DNA from: Girardia tigrina
Lineage: Eukaryota
DNA length: 64,000 nucleotides
Assembly (NCBI GenBank): GCA_001938485.1
Contig: MQRK01179780.1
Location: 1 to 64,000 of the forward strand
Direction: 5' to 3'
This document shows, piece after piece, positions 13,621 through 26,700 of this stretch. The notes below the pieces were generated by a model. It was not told the origin of the DNA, searched no databases, and saw only the letters and a list, made by a program, of their open reading frames with translations. The translations under genes and the position numbers were made by a program. Every line of letters begins with the position of its first letter. The first letter of the stretch is position 1.

Positions 13621-14369
13621 ATTACTCTTAATCGCTTTTTATTGATATTATATCTATTTTACTACTTGGTTGAGGTTTTTTACTGATAATTGGTTATTTA
13701 TTTACTAACCTATTAATATTAAGCCTTATACAATCCGGTTATAATAATTTTTTCTGGCAAAAGACGCTTTATTATAACCGAAGTTATTGTATGTTATTTA
13801 AAAATAGTAAAGAACTAGTAAATCAAAAAAATTAATTTTTTTATATCTATTAAGAACACCGATTTGACTTTTCGTATTTTTATTTACACAATTTGGATTG
13901 CCCTTAAGACAATCTTTGTCAAAGCTTTCGTACGAGTGCATTCTAAACTAAATTGATTAATGAATTAATTCTTATTATTTTTTAGCAAATTGAGAAATAA
14001 ATAATTTATTAAAATATTTACTCAAAACTCATTGGATAAAAATTTAAATGATTATTAATTATTTAAAAAATATTAATTTGATTTATTTATTAAAATTTGT
14101 AAAAAGTAATTAACTTAATTAAAATTATTTGAAATTAAAAATCAATTGAAACATTACATATTTTCAGATAATAAGAATTCAAATATTAATCATCCATCTG
14201 GGTAGGAGAGACACATTTCCAAATCAAATTACAACATCCAAACATTTAAAATATTCCTCACAATATCCATTCTTTACGCAGACAGAACTCTACTTTGCCA
14301 ACAAAGTTATTATTTTTGTTGTGTTGTAATAACTTTTAATAACTTTATAATAACTTTCATTTGTTGTAA

Positions 14370-14860
14370 TAAATCTCCAACCCCGTTTTGGATTATGTTC
14401 GGATCTCGTATATAAATTTACATGTAATGGGTGTAATGCCACATACATTGGAGAGACGTCCCGTCATCTTTGTAGGAGAATCCAAGAACATGGTCGGAAT
14501 GTAGGTGGGAGTAATATTGCAGAACACAGAAAGGGTTGTAAGTTGAATGAAAACATAAACATAAATGATTTTAAAATTCTGTGTTCTCGTTTTAAAAACT
14601 ATTGGGAGAGGGTGGCCTGTGAAGCACTTTATATCAGATCTTTAGATCCTAAGATTAATGTGCAAACGGGTCTCTCGAAAACCCTATTAAGCGTGTTTAG
14701 ATGACATAATAACCATTTGATTACATAATCACTGCTTGCCTATATAAGCAAATTTAAAATTCATTTCTTTCTTGAGACCTGACGATGACGGTTATACCGT
14801 CGAAATTAATTGTCATAAAAAATAAATTTAACAAATGGCGTGTTTGTGTTTTTAAACATA
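14370..14860 (+). mobile_element. Penelope-like element 3' end (GIY-YIG endonuclease plus pLTR)
   Basis: LVYKFTCNGCNATYIGETSRHLCRRIQEH...EALYIRSLDPKINVQ. Confidence 0.9.
14772..14820 (+). ncRNA. Minimal hammerhead ribozyme in a PLE pLTR
   Basis: CTGACGA-t-GACGG ttata CCGTC-GAAA-ttaatt-GTC. Confidence 0.8.
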
Positions 14861-15266
14861 ATTTGCCATTATTTTTTAATTTTTTGAAAAAAAGAATATT
14901 GCACTAATTTTTAATCAATAAAAAAGAGACTAATTTTCTACAAGCGTTCTATCTCTATAAAGTATCGTTAGAAAATGACGATCAAACCACGAAATAAATA
15001 ATAAAAGTAAATTTTAATCGATTTTATTTTTTATCTCTTCTATTTTTTTTCAAAATTTATTTATAAACATTTATATTTTTATTAAAAAAGAAAAGCAGGC
15101 GATAAAGTTTTATAAACAAAACAAGTGGGAACACTCTTCATGACAGAAAACTCATCACAGATTGTTATGATCACTCCTTAAATCGACAAACATTCAAAGA
15201 CTCATCCAAACAATCAAATCGGTACAATTTCAACAACATATCTTTTGAATATTATAGAAAATAATA

Positions 15267-15857
15267 TCAATCGATCAGAAAGAGTCTCTTGATCTCATCT
15301 ATACACTGTCTCGTGGCACTCATACATTCCTTTGTAACTGGAGTCGCCATATTCAAGAAACCGTGGGGAAGATTCCTCATTACTCTTAAATGCACTTCGT
15401 TAGCACCGGCTTTACTGACCTTTTTACAAAATTCAACCGAATCATCAAGAAGAGGGTCGAACTCACAAGCCTAAAAAGATCATAAAAGATGATCTTACTA
15501 CAAAGCGACAGTTATCCCTTACAAATATCGACATCGGCGGGAATCTCTTGAAAAGTTCTTCATCGGCCAAAATAGGAGACATGATCGGATCTTTGGGGAT
15601 ATCTGCGTTTAAAAGTAAAACAATTGGTGAAACTGAATCCGCTTTTGAAAAGGGCGTTTTCTTTTCCTTAGAACCATTCCCGTCGCGACAAACTGGTCAA
15701 GAGCGTGAAAAAATTAAATAATCAATAAAAAAACAGAAGCAAATTTCTTTCATACAACATTTGTTGACGTTTTCATTCGACGACGGTTCACCTTTATCCA
15801 GCAAACCTTCCCTATTGAGCCGCTCAATTAAACAATCTTCGTTGACACCACTGTACG
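15267..15857 (-). CDS. LIPE: HSL copy 1 last three exons (catalytic Asp and His)
   Basis: AYSGVNE..; DPIMSPILADEELFKRFPPMSIF; ACEFDPLLDDSVEF..LPHGFLNM; introns of 63 and 52 nt. Confidence 0.92.
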
Positions 15858-18800
15858 CTGAAATATTCACCAAAGATCGACGTTAAGTTACTTCTCACAT
15901 GAGATATGTTAACGAATAAAAATTAATTTTTTATTTTCGGATTTCGATTAGGGGTTTCAATCCCGATAATGAGGGGAAATGACATATTTTTAGCAAAATT
16001 TAATTTTGTCTTACAACAGCGTATTTTAGTTACCGTTAATATTGTGTATTAAACAGGCAGACAATATTAAGATTAAATTTAATTAATTTAGTTTAAAGCT
16101 CACATTCTATTCAAATCTATAAAAATCCTCTTCGTAAAAGCAAGTCTTGAAACAGAGAATTTTTATCTTATTTGTTAAATCAAGTGTTTCAAAATTTCGT
16201 TCTTTCATGAAATTCTCAGAATACGGTAAAATAATTTTTAAAGTTAACTAAGTAAATCAAAAAGAACTAGATTTACTTAAAGTTTGGATACTCATTTGGC
16301 TTGCCGTGGGAGGTATACAAATAAGGTACAGGGCTGACATTGAATACTATAATATAAGATAAATTGTAATCTCAGTACTCCTTCCTCTAAACGAGGATAT
16401 TTTCAAACTTCTAAGTTACGAGATTTAATTCCAACAAACATGCGCGATGCTAATTTGATGTTTTTTGAAAAATAATTTAGGGGCTGTTCATTTAATACAT
16501 AACGCAAAAAATCAGAATTTTTGACCCCCCATGACACAAATTGCATTCTACCTTATTTGTCCTCCTTCCAAGGCAAGGCAAATGAGTATCCAAACTTGAA
16601 GTAAATCTAGTTCTTTTTTTATTTAACTTTAAAATTATTCTGAGAATTTCATGAAATAACGAAATTTTGCAACATATTTTTTACTTAGAAATTTCTTGCT
16701 TTTTCTACAATATATTCAGTAAACTTTCACTAATTTAAATATAATTGATGCATACCACAAATTTTCTGTTCGACAAATCACCAAAATTTAATTAATTCTT
16801 TTTAAAATGTGATATACTTGCTTCTTTATTCGCTGAAGGTTAACAAAGAAATGAAACTTAATTGTTTTAGTAGATGAATGTGAATTATTAGTGTGTGATT
16901 TCGATATTGTAGTGTGAGTTTCTCCCACTCTTTTACTTATTATTTTTTTTGTTATCACATCTCTTTCATTAACTGTGTAATCTTCGGTTGTGCGATTATT
17001 TATCACTTGTATTGCCTTTTATTATTTTATTATTTTTCATTATTTTCATCGCCAGCATTTTTATGTAAAGTTTGATTTTACGAGTTTCAAGAATAAATTA
17101 TTTTTGACATTTAAAAATTAAGTCCAGACATACTATGGAACCGAATATTTTTTTAAATTTTTTTAAGCTTTACAAAGAGCTTATTTCTCAAAGCAATATA
17201 ACAAGCACTCAAGAAGCTGTATATTCTGTACTCAACTCATATGTTTATTTGTTGAATATTATTTATTTTTTATTGCGTAAATGTATTTAAATGAAAAAGA
17301 ACTATTCAGTTTCAATCTAATATAATTAAAAATGATCTACAGTCAAAAGCAAATAATAATTATCATTAATGAAGATCTAATTTAGAAATTTCTTTTAAAT
17401 TAGCATTTTTGATACGTTTTTTCTTATATAATTAAAAATTATAATTCAAACACCCCAAAGCAATATGGGATGTTTGAATTTCAATTTAAAAATAAAAAAT
17501 CATTAAGTCAATGACTAATTAATTTCAGAATTAAATTATCATCATCAGTTTTTTTGTAATTTAATCGCTGACATTCGCTGATTTTTTTGACGATTTGCTG
17601 AATTGACACTATATTTGTTACTACAGTGACATTGTTGTACTATTATTTCGCCATTAATCATCACATGTTATCTGACGACAATCAACAACGAACACTAATT
17701 GATATATTCCGATATTAAAGAACATTCGAGTTTTCATTCCAACTCCGGTTGCGATTGCTTAGTAATTTTTTAATTTTGTGAATAACAGTTGTTCACAAAT
17801 TAAAAGTTTATAGTTAAATTGAGATTTGTATTTTTATTAGTTAGTTGATTTCATCTTTACCAAAAACATTATTAAACAGGCTCACCAAATAATATCTAGT
17901 TTGGTTAGCATGGTTAATTTTTTTTATAATAGTGAAAATAACAAATTTGCATCCTCGGGAATAGTGGAACAAATTTGTTATTTTTGCAGATATAAATAAA
18001 TTAATAATAATTTCTTAATGTTCATTTATTTAACAATTTTTTTCAGTGTTACATAACAACTTCCTGAACCTCCACACCCCCCTTAAGTGTTACGTTTTAA
18101 ATGAATAGCCTGTTCATAATGGACTATTTTTGACAATATTGAGATCTCCCTGCCCGATAAAGTGCTGTGTATTTTGACTTTGTAACGATATTATTCCCAA
18201 CATTAACAGTGATTTCAATGTAAAACGTCTTAGACAAAGGAACACTATGAACTTTTATGTATTAATGTCTTTGAAGTATAAAAATCTTTACGAATAGAAA
18301 TATATCTAAAGAATAACTTAATCTTGCGATCCACATTTGCAATGAAGGTAATATAAAATCCTTGCGAACTTCAATGACACATAAAAAACACGATCCGACT
18401 ATTGAAAGAATTATAATAAAATTTTATTAAAACACATTTTTTTAATGTAAATGTTGAAATTATTTAATTATCGGAATAATTTAACTGAAAATGTAACGAC
18501 CCATTTTTACTTTTGTGCTCATTCTAACGACAATTACAATTTATAATCGACCGACTCGATTTGTGCGACAGTTATAATAAACAATAATTATTGATCGAAC
18601 TTTTTTGTTTTACTGCAACAAATGGAAATCTGTTCCGGTTGGAATGAACAATGATTTATATTTGAAGAAATTGTTTCTTTCTGCTGCTAAACCTAAGTCA
18701 AATAATTATTATTTAATATAGCTTGTTTCCAGTTATAAACTACGCGATTACACAATCAAACCGAATAATTATCGTTTGGTAATCAAATACATGCATCGAT

Positions 18801-19886
18801 TTGTGCGGTTACGCAACAATCTTTGCATAAAAAGATTCTATCATGTCACAGCCATATTTGTTTAGCCAAATGTATAATATTTTCAAATATTATGTAAAAT
18901 TAATAACGTAATATTTCCAGTTTCAGTATGTATGATTAAATATTGAGATGTAGATGTATTAAACTAGTAAATAAAAAAAAATCATATCCATTCTTTATGC
19001 AGACAGAACACTGCTTGGCCAACAGAATTTTGATTAAAAAAATATTTTCAAAGAAAAAACAATAAAAAATTTTGTTGGCCAAGTAGAGTTCCGCCCGCAT
19101 AAAGAATGGATAGAAAAAATATATTTTTTGATTTACTAGTTAGACTTTCAATCGGTTTACTAGAATTTCTTTATTTTTTGCGTAATATAAACTACTTATA
19201 ATTTATAAGTAGATCTTTTTAAGCTAATATTGTTCAAGAACTCCGATGGATCGTTTTGTTTCAATTTTGAGACCTTAAAAAGTCTTTTTAATCAAAATTT
19301 CACATTATCATTTATTGTCATAAAGAATGAGTAAGTGTTCAAAGATGGGAGAAAATTGATTGAGTAAAAAGCCTTTAAAAATAGGTTTCTAAATTCCATG
19401 GATAGATATATGTGTTATGAAAAATTTGTGTAATTCTCGAATTCACGATATAGGCTATTTTAAAAAAAATTTAATTCAATTATGAAATTGACATTAGTAT
19501 TTAATATGAAAAAATATCAATTTAACATGAAAAATGCTTTTAAAATACAAACGTGTGCAATTCAGCTCGCCACCAAGGAATAAGTTTAAATAACTATGAA
19601 TGAAAATTTTACATTTGGAATCTATTTTGTATAATAAATTGAGATTTTTTTCATATTTAATTTATTTTGTTATATTAAATTGATAATTTTTAACATTAAA
19701 TACATATTTTTTCATGTTAAATAAATTTAACGTTAGTTTGATTTTTTTTCATATTATATATCTATTTTTCATATTAAATTGATATTTTTCACATCAAATT
19801 GATATATTTAAATATTAAAAACACAATCTTTCATTTTAAAATGAAAATTTTTCATATAGTTAGTGAATTTGGCAAAAATTGACTAG

Positions 19887-19928
<42 letters not shown>

Positions 19929-20667
19929 CAAAAGAAAGGACATTTTTGAATATTAAATTTCTTCGCAATACATACGCGTTTCACCATTTCGGCATCTTCA
20001 GTGCAATCAAATAAAGATATTAATTACTATTTATATAGTTGAAAAACTATTAGAACATCGAACACCTTGTTGGCTTAAAATTGAGAGTAATCTTTGTAAC
20101 TAATAAATGCCAGAACTATTTTTCAAAGAAATCAAAAACTCCTTTGTGTATTAAAGCAAATCTAGTTTATCAATTTAAATGTCACAAGTGCGAAGCCTTG
20201 TACATTGGAGAGACAAGTCGTCAACTTCGTACTAGAATTGCTGAACATACTCAAGTAGAAATAGTTCGATATTGAGCCATATTAAAAGATGTAATAAAGA
20301 TACAATAAAGATTTTAACGTGATTTGAAATAATTTTGACACAAATTATGAAAGGATTATTGCCGAAGCATTGTTAATAAAGCATCATAAACCATGCTTAA
20401 ACGTGCAAGGTGATTCATCTAATCATATTAAAGTTTTTTAAATATTTTTAAATATCATTAAAATACTTTTCTTTTTTTAAGAAAAAAAGCATGTTTTTGA
20501 GAGGTATGATGTAATAGTTTTTCAACTATATAAATAGTAATTAATCACTTTATTTCATTGCACTGAAGATGCCGAAATTGTGAAACGCGTATGTATTGTG
20601 AATAAATTTAATATTCAAAAATGGCCTTTCTTTTTATTATTATTAAAAATGCCATTATCAGTTCTAG

Positions 20668-20705
<38 letters not shown>

Positions 20706-23700
20706 GTAACCTAAAAAAGAATGGAAGAATTAATAAATCTAGATGAATATAACTGAAAATACATATCGTGAAATCTGCAACAATTTGCTGAAATAGTGTA
20801 ATATCCGAATTCGTGAACTAGTCAATTTTTGCCAAATTCACTAACTATATGAAAAATTTTCATTTTAAAATGAAAGATTATGCTATTAATATTTAAATAT
20901 ATCAATTTAATATGAAAAAATCAAATAAACGTAAAATTTTCAAAAGTTTTATTTTCAAAAAATGTTATTCTATCAACCTATTCTTCTTTCATTCGATTGA
21001 ACAACTTCATTGATATTATTGGGCTGACACTTGATAAGAAACGAAAAGAAAATATGAAATTGAACATTTAACTTCGATTGAAACTGCGTTGAGTAATGTG
21101 AGTGATGATTATTGTTTTCGTTTATGTATCGCTGTTTCAACTGATTTAAATAACAAAGCTTATAAGGACAAAATTGTAACACAGAATAAAAGAAATAGAG
21201 AATTTAAGGAAATTATTTGGTGTTTTTAAATTTAATGTTAATTGGAGCGGAGAATTGCCAATTTGATCGAACATTTTTGCCAGTTTCAGAAATTAAAATA
21301 ATTAAATAAATAAATTTCATTAAATAAAATAATGAAGTAAAATAAATAAAAAACAAATTAAATTAAAAAGGAAATATTAAAAAAGAAATGAGTGAATTGG
21401 TTTTTTTTATCGCTGTTTTCTTTATATTTCTATAATATACAACAATCGCATCTTGTTCGGAATTTATTTCGTTGAATCTGTACAATTATCAATTTCTTAA
21501 TGATACACGACTCGATATTTCATCATTTAACGGTTTCAATCGACAGAAAACAGACACCGATTCGTTATTCATCGATCTATTAATTCGAGGAAAACGTAAT
21601 TTTAATAAATTGTGAGCCTCATTTTTATTAAATGATTAATTTTTTCTCTGTCAATGTAAGTATGTTTGCATGCTTCTGTATTGTGCATGTCTGAGTGCGT
21701 GTGTATGAATGTAATTTGTGAATGATATGTTAATTGATTGGTTGAATGTGTGTGTGTATGAAGAATGGTTTTTATTTGTGAATTATAATCACAATTTTTA
21801 AATTTTTATGAGAGAAAAGTTGTCAATTGGGAATTTTTCAGAGATAACAATAAAAAAATTGTCTGTGTTATTTGCTCTGTTTTTATTTTGTCAATTGTGA
21901 AAATAAATGTCTATTCAATTTTTCAATGTCAATTTAAATCAAATAAAAGTCTTCAGTAAAAATGTCTTTGTAATAATAAAAAAAGTTGGAGAAAACGTTT
22001 GAAAAATAAAATTTGTCTTAATTTTCAATTGGTAAATTTAAAAATGAGATTCCTGACGATGCTTTCTGAAGTTAAAAAGTCATTTAAAAGCGATACAAAA
22101 TACATTAACGTGATGTGCAATTCCGAGAAAGTCAATCAGGCATTTGAGAAAGTAGAAAAGTTAAAAGATAGTTTACAAGCGCGATATGAGCTCGATAAAC
22201 AAAGAGAAATAAAAATAAAAAGAGCCAGTGAAAGACTTCAATAATGTCGTGAAGGAATTCGTTAACGTGGAAGAATTCCACAAATGTATCAAACAGAATG
22301 AGAATGTATTGATTATTGATTCGCGATCGGAATCAGAATTTGCCGTGTGTCACATTTTTCACACACGAATTCTTAATAGCCCTGCTGATTCTCTGAGTGT
22401 TTTCAAAGATGAATTGACAAACATTTCTTCTTCTCCCAAAATATTGTGGAGACACGGCTTCCTGTCCATTAATAATACGATATTGAATTTAAGTAATGTT
22501 GTTTTGTCTGATGAAGAACATAAGATTCTAAAAATTGGATTAAAAGAATTAGTCATAAAATAAATGATTTTAAATTCTAAAATCTAAAATAGAATCCATG
22601 TTTGGTTTTTATTTAAATAATGCGGTTGAATTGATAAATCAGAATTTTGATTTTAATAATTTTAAAAACACGCTTAATAATAGTGTAACTGAATATTTAA
22701 ACAAAAAACACAATTTTAAAGATAATTATATTGGCGAGAAAATTTAAAAAGTGGAAAATTATTTTTTTAAATAAATTGTTACTGGAAATTATTTGTTGGC
22801 TTTTATTATGGAGTATTCTGCCGTTCTGAAAGAGGGATAACAATTATATTAAGTCATTAATATTATTAGCAATGTCAGCATTTTTCATTAGGATATACTA
22901 TTATTATTGATTGTACTTTAAAATTATTATTGTGGTGGAGAGGGGGTGCAAAACAATGATTATGTCCCGGGTGACAGTTACGCTCGCCACGTCACTGAAG
23001 ATTGTGTTAAAAAATATAAAGCCATAAACAAACCGAGCAAACAGCGAGCAAGAACACCGATCGGTAATATCGGACAAAATGCACCGATTATTCTTGCAGG
23101 AGAAGGAACAAAGTCTATTAGAGTGGCAGGATATGCTAGGAAAATCCCATCTGGAATACGAATATTGAGTTGCAGAACTTTAAGGATGCAGCCCAATACG
23201 AGATTGCCTCCTGCAGAATCTCCACACATCACTATTCTGCAATCAGGTGAACAACCAAGTTGACCAAGATTCTTTAGTGTCCATGCATATGCGTACAGAC
23301 ATTCTTCATGGGCACGGGGATATGGAAATTCGGGAGCATGAGAATAATCGATTGATACGATTGGATAAGATAAGTCAATTGCCCATTGACGAAGATATCC
23401 CTAAATAATAAACAATTATTAAAAATATATGAAATTTGATATAAATTAATTTTGTTTGGATTCTTTTTTAGCAAAGTCTTAAAATCGGCTGAGATATCAT
23501 ATACGAAAAAAAACAATTATTATTATAATTCGTTTTGAATATGATCAAAATCAATGGTCAAAGTTTTTAAAAGTAATTTTCCTAAGCTAAAGCATTATTC
23601 AAATTTATAAAATAATATTTTTTAAAATTTAACTTGTCTTTAAAATTAACTTCCAAGCAGAATAAATACGATTGGAGTCAAAGTGGGAACATCGCAATAA

Positions 23701-26700
23701 AGATCTAACTCGAGGAAAACAAACTTCAAAACGTTTTGATTGATGAACGAATGCAATTCTGCCAGATATAGACAAGTTACAACAGTTTTAAATGCAAATT
23801 TCTTGTTCCAATAGATTATGTGTTTTATATGGGTTAAGTGTCCCATTCCACTGAAAATGATTGTTGTTCAAATGCAGTTTGGCTTTAGAATAAATAAGTG
23901 ATACCCAGTAACAATAACTCACCAAATAGTTCTACAACGTCCTTACATAACTTAATTTCCGTTCATTTTCTCAATGTGAATTCTCGTCAAGAACAATACC
24001 CTGTCTTAATTACTTCAGATGTTAAAGATCATATAACTACGAAACTGTTAAAAAATGTAATAAATATTCAGCACTAATATTAAACAATTTACCGTTTATA
24101 TTGATCAGAAAATTTCCCTACCTTTGTATAGTGTTTACATGATTTACCTTCATTCACCTTTATTACAACACTTCCAGGCAAACTTGAATAAAATATATTT
24201 GCCTTTTATTTTTTTAAATAAACTTCAAAGACTTAATAATTAATATTTCTTTGTTTCATTACAGCTATTTATGTTATTTGTCTTTGTTGATGTTTGTGGC
24301 TGTTCTTGTTGTTTGAATAAATGTTTTGGCTAAATATATTTATTTAATTACTTAGACTAAGACTAAAAAGTAGAAAATAATATAATATATAAAAAAACTT
24401 TAAAAAATCACGTATTTACCTTGGACTAAAAAGTAGCCATTTGACATTTTTTATATTATATAAGTTTCATCTTTTTGATCAAGTCTTATAGAATCATTGA
24501 TCGTAACGTCTTTGTACAGAGAATTGTTTGCGATAAGCCACCGTAATACAGTAAATACACGCTCACGGTTGATTGTATAGTCTCTCGAGACATTTAAGTT
24601 TTCGAGGGTTTGAGTTACTACAACAATATTTGCATCATCACTTACTCTAGGTGACATCAGGAAGCTTTTCACTAACCTTAAAAAATTCAAGAGCGAACAA
24701 TGTAGCATGGCGAACAATATTCAACAATGTAATAAATCATAACTTTTATTGCGCCCACGTTTTTGTTGTGCAATCCAAGATTAAAGTGATTTTCTACTTT
24801 TTACCCAATATTATTGGGATCATTTATTGAAGTTGAAATTCATAATTTATAAAGAGATCATGAATAGACGAATGTTAGAAAAATCATAACTTTTTAATAC
24901 GCCCACGTTTTTTGTTTAGTAACCCAAGACAAAAATTATTTTCTATTTTTTAGTCCACAGTAAAAACGTGGTTTAAAAAAATTTTATATATTATATTAGT
25001 TTTATAATTAAAATACTTAAATTATTACAATTAACACTATTAGTATTTGACAAAAATCTTCATAAAAGTCAATTTTATGCCAACAGTTTACATAAACAGT
25101 TTATAACAATTGTAATTAATAACCTACTGTCCTTAACTCTATAGACATTCAACAGTGAAGTCAAAGTCTTAAAAAATGAATGACAGACACAAATGATGGA
25201 TCAGTGTTCAATACGCAAGCCCTTATGATTAAAAAATAAGTAAAAATACAATATAAACTCGCACCCTCAAATTAGTTTTAGAGTTCAAAGAAAATAAATC
25301 GAATCTCCTATGGCTTGACAGACATAAAAATTTGTGCCTGTCACGTCAAAGGTGAATAATCTAAAACTGATTTGTATGTGAGCTAATATTTTATGTCACA
25401 AGTTGTTTTGTATCCCCACAAATTTTCGTCACAGCCAAAGATGTATAATTATTTTTTAAACAATAACATTGATATTAGAAACAAAGAATTAAATTAATAA
25501 AAAAATTTGAAAAGCTTGGAATGTACGGAAAAACGATAGTAGATATTCGAGATATCACCGGTGCGTAGCTGTGAAATTTTATTCCGCTTCCAAATGTAAA
25601 TAATACATGAGACAACTAAACAAAGCTAAATAAAATTTCTGTCTCTAAAAGAAAAAATAAGAATTACAATAAGTTTTTATGACATTTTAAAGGTCCGCTG
25701 GACATGGAAATGGCCAAGGTAAGAGGACACTGTCACCATCGACCAAAAAAGATTAATATCTGATAACATAGTAACATATTCAGTGTATAATTCCGTATGA
25801 CTTGTTTTGTTGAAATATTGTAAGTATATTTGGGTGTCTCTTTTAAATATAATATGGATATACGTCATTAAATGGTTATCAAAATTTTATTATATTTAAA
25901 ATGAAATTTTAATTTGTTAGTAAAATAGATAGTTTAATAGTTTATCAAAAAATTCTAATATTTGCACATTGTATTATATTCTAATATTATTTCACATAAG
26001 TTTTTTATTTTAATATCTAAGTGAAATGGATTTAGAACAAATAAATTTGAATTTACATTTGACTAATATTTAGATATTTTGAATCGAATTAAACTTTAAT
26101 AAATCGAGTTTAAATATGTGGGTTTTATATACGGGTTAACAGATGGTGACCGCTATGGAAGCGACCTCTGTGAGAAATTTGCTGCGCAAAAAGAGACTAA
26201 AACATTTTCGAATAAGAAATAAACTTGAAAATACAAAACATCGTGATCCTAAATGACACCCAGTCCATGAATTTCTAACAACCATATAAATATTTTCATC
26301 AAATGTAATCTTGGTGACAAAACACATTCGTAGTAGGAAATAAAGGGTGCACTGTTTCAGTCTCTTGTATCAGAAAATGGCTCTGTAACAAAAACATCTC
26401 ATATAAAATAAAATTAACAGTTGAATTGAGTTGAGATGTTAAAAATTAAGAACTTTATGAACATTGGGATGACTGTTTCCTAAGTAATATTATAGCAACT
26501 GGTAAAACAACTCTTCATATGTACTTACCGGAATCTCGTCGTGAATTCAAAGAAAATAAACTTCCAATTGAGCGGCCGTGAAACAATACGAAATTAGGAT
26601 CAACACATCGAAAAGAAACAATTGTGACAGTGTTTTGGGTTAGAAATGGTGTAATAAATTGGAATTCACTGAGAAAGGCTACACTATCAATGCAGCATAC

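Larger units (their letters stand above)
19927..20667 (+). mobile_element. 5'-truncated Penelope-like element with inverted pLTR, flanked by (TA)n
   Basis: LVYQFKCHKCEALYIGETSRQLRTRIAEH; ~135-bp inverted repeat (19927-20062 vs ~20505-20640). Confidence 0.9.
19770..20930. mobile_element. Foldback/MITE-like inverted arms (~19770-19890 and ~20814-20930) with subterminal tandem units
   Basis: catatagttagtgaatttggcaaaaattgactagttca vs tgaactagtcaatttttgccaaattcactaactatatg; repeated tttttcatattaaattgata units. Confidence 0.75.

Noticed and set aside
15471-15498. 28-nt GT-AG intron before the last HSL exon
   Set aside because: The 52-nt intron from 15522 keeps the frame and matches the paralog's intron position.
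22946-23263. Plus-strand ORFs over HSL exons (also 15289, 47350, 47587)
   Set aside because: Antisense shadows of the real minus-strand exons.
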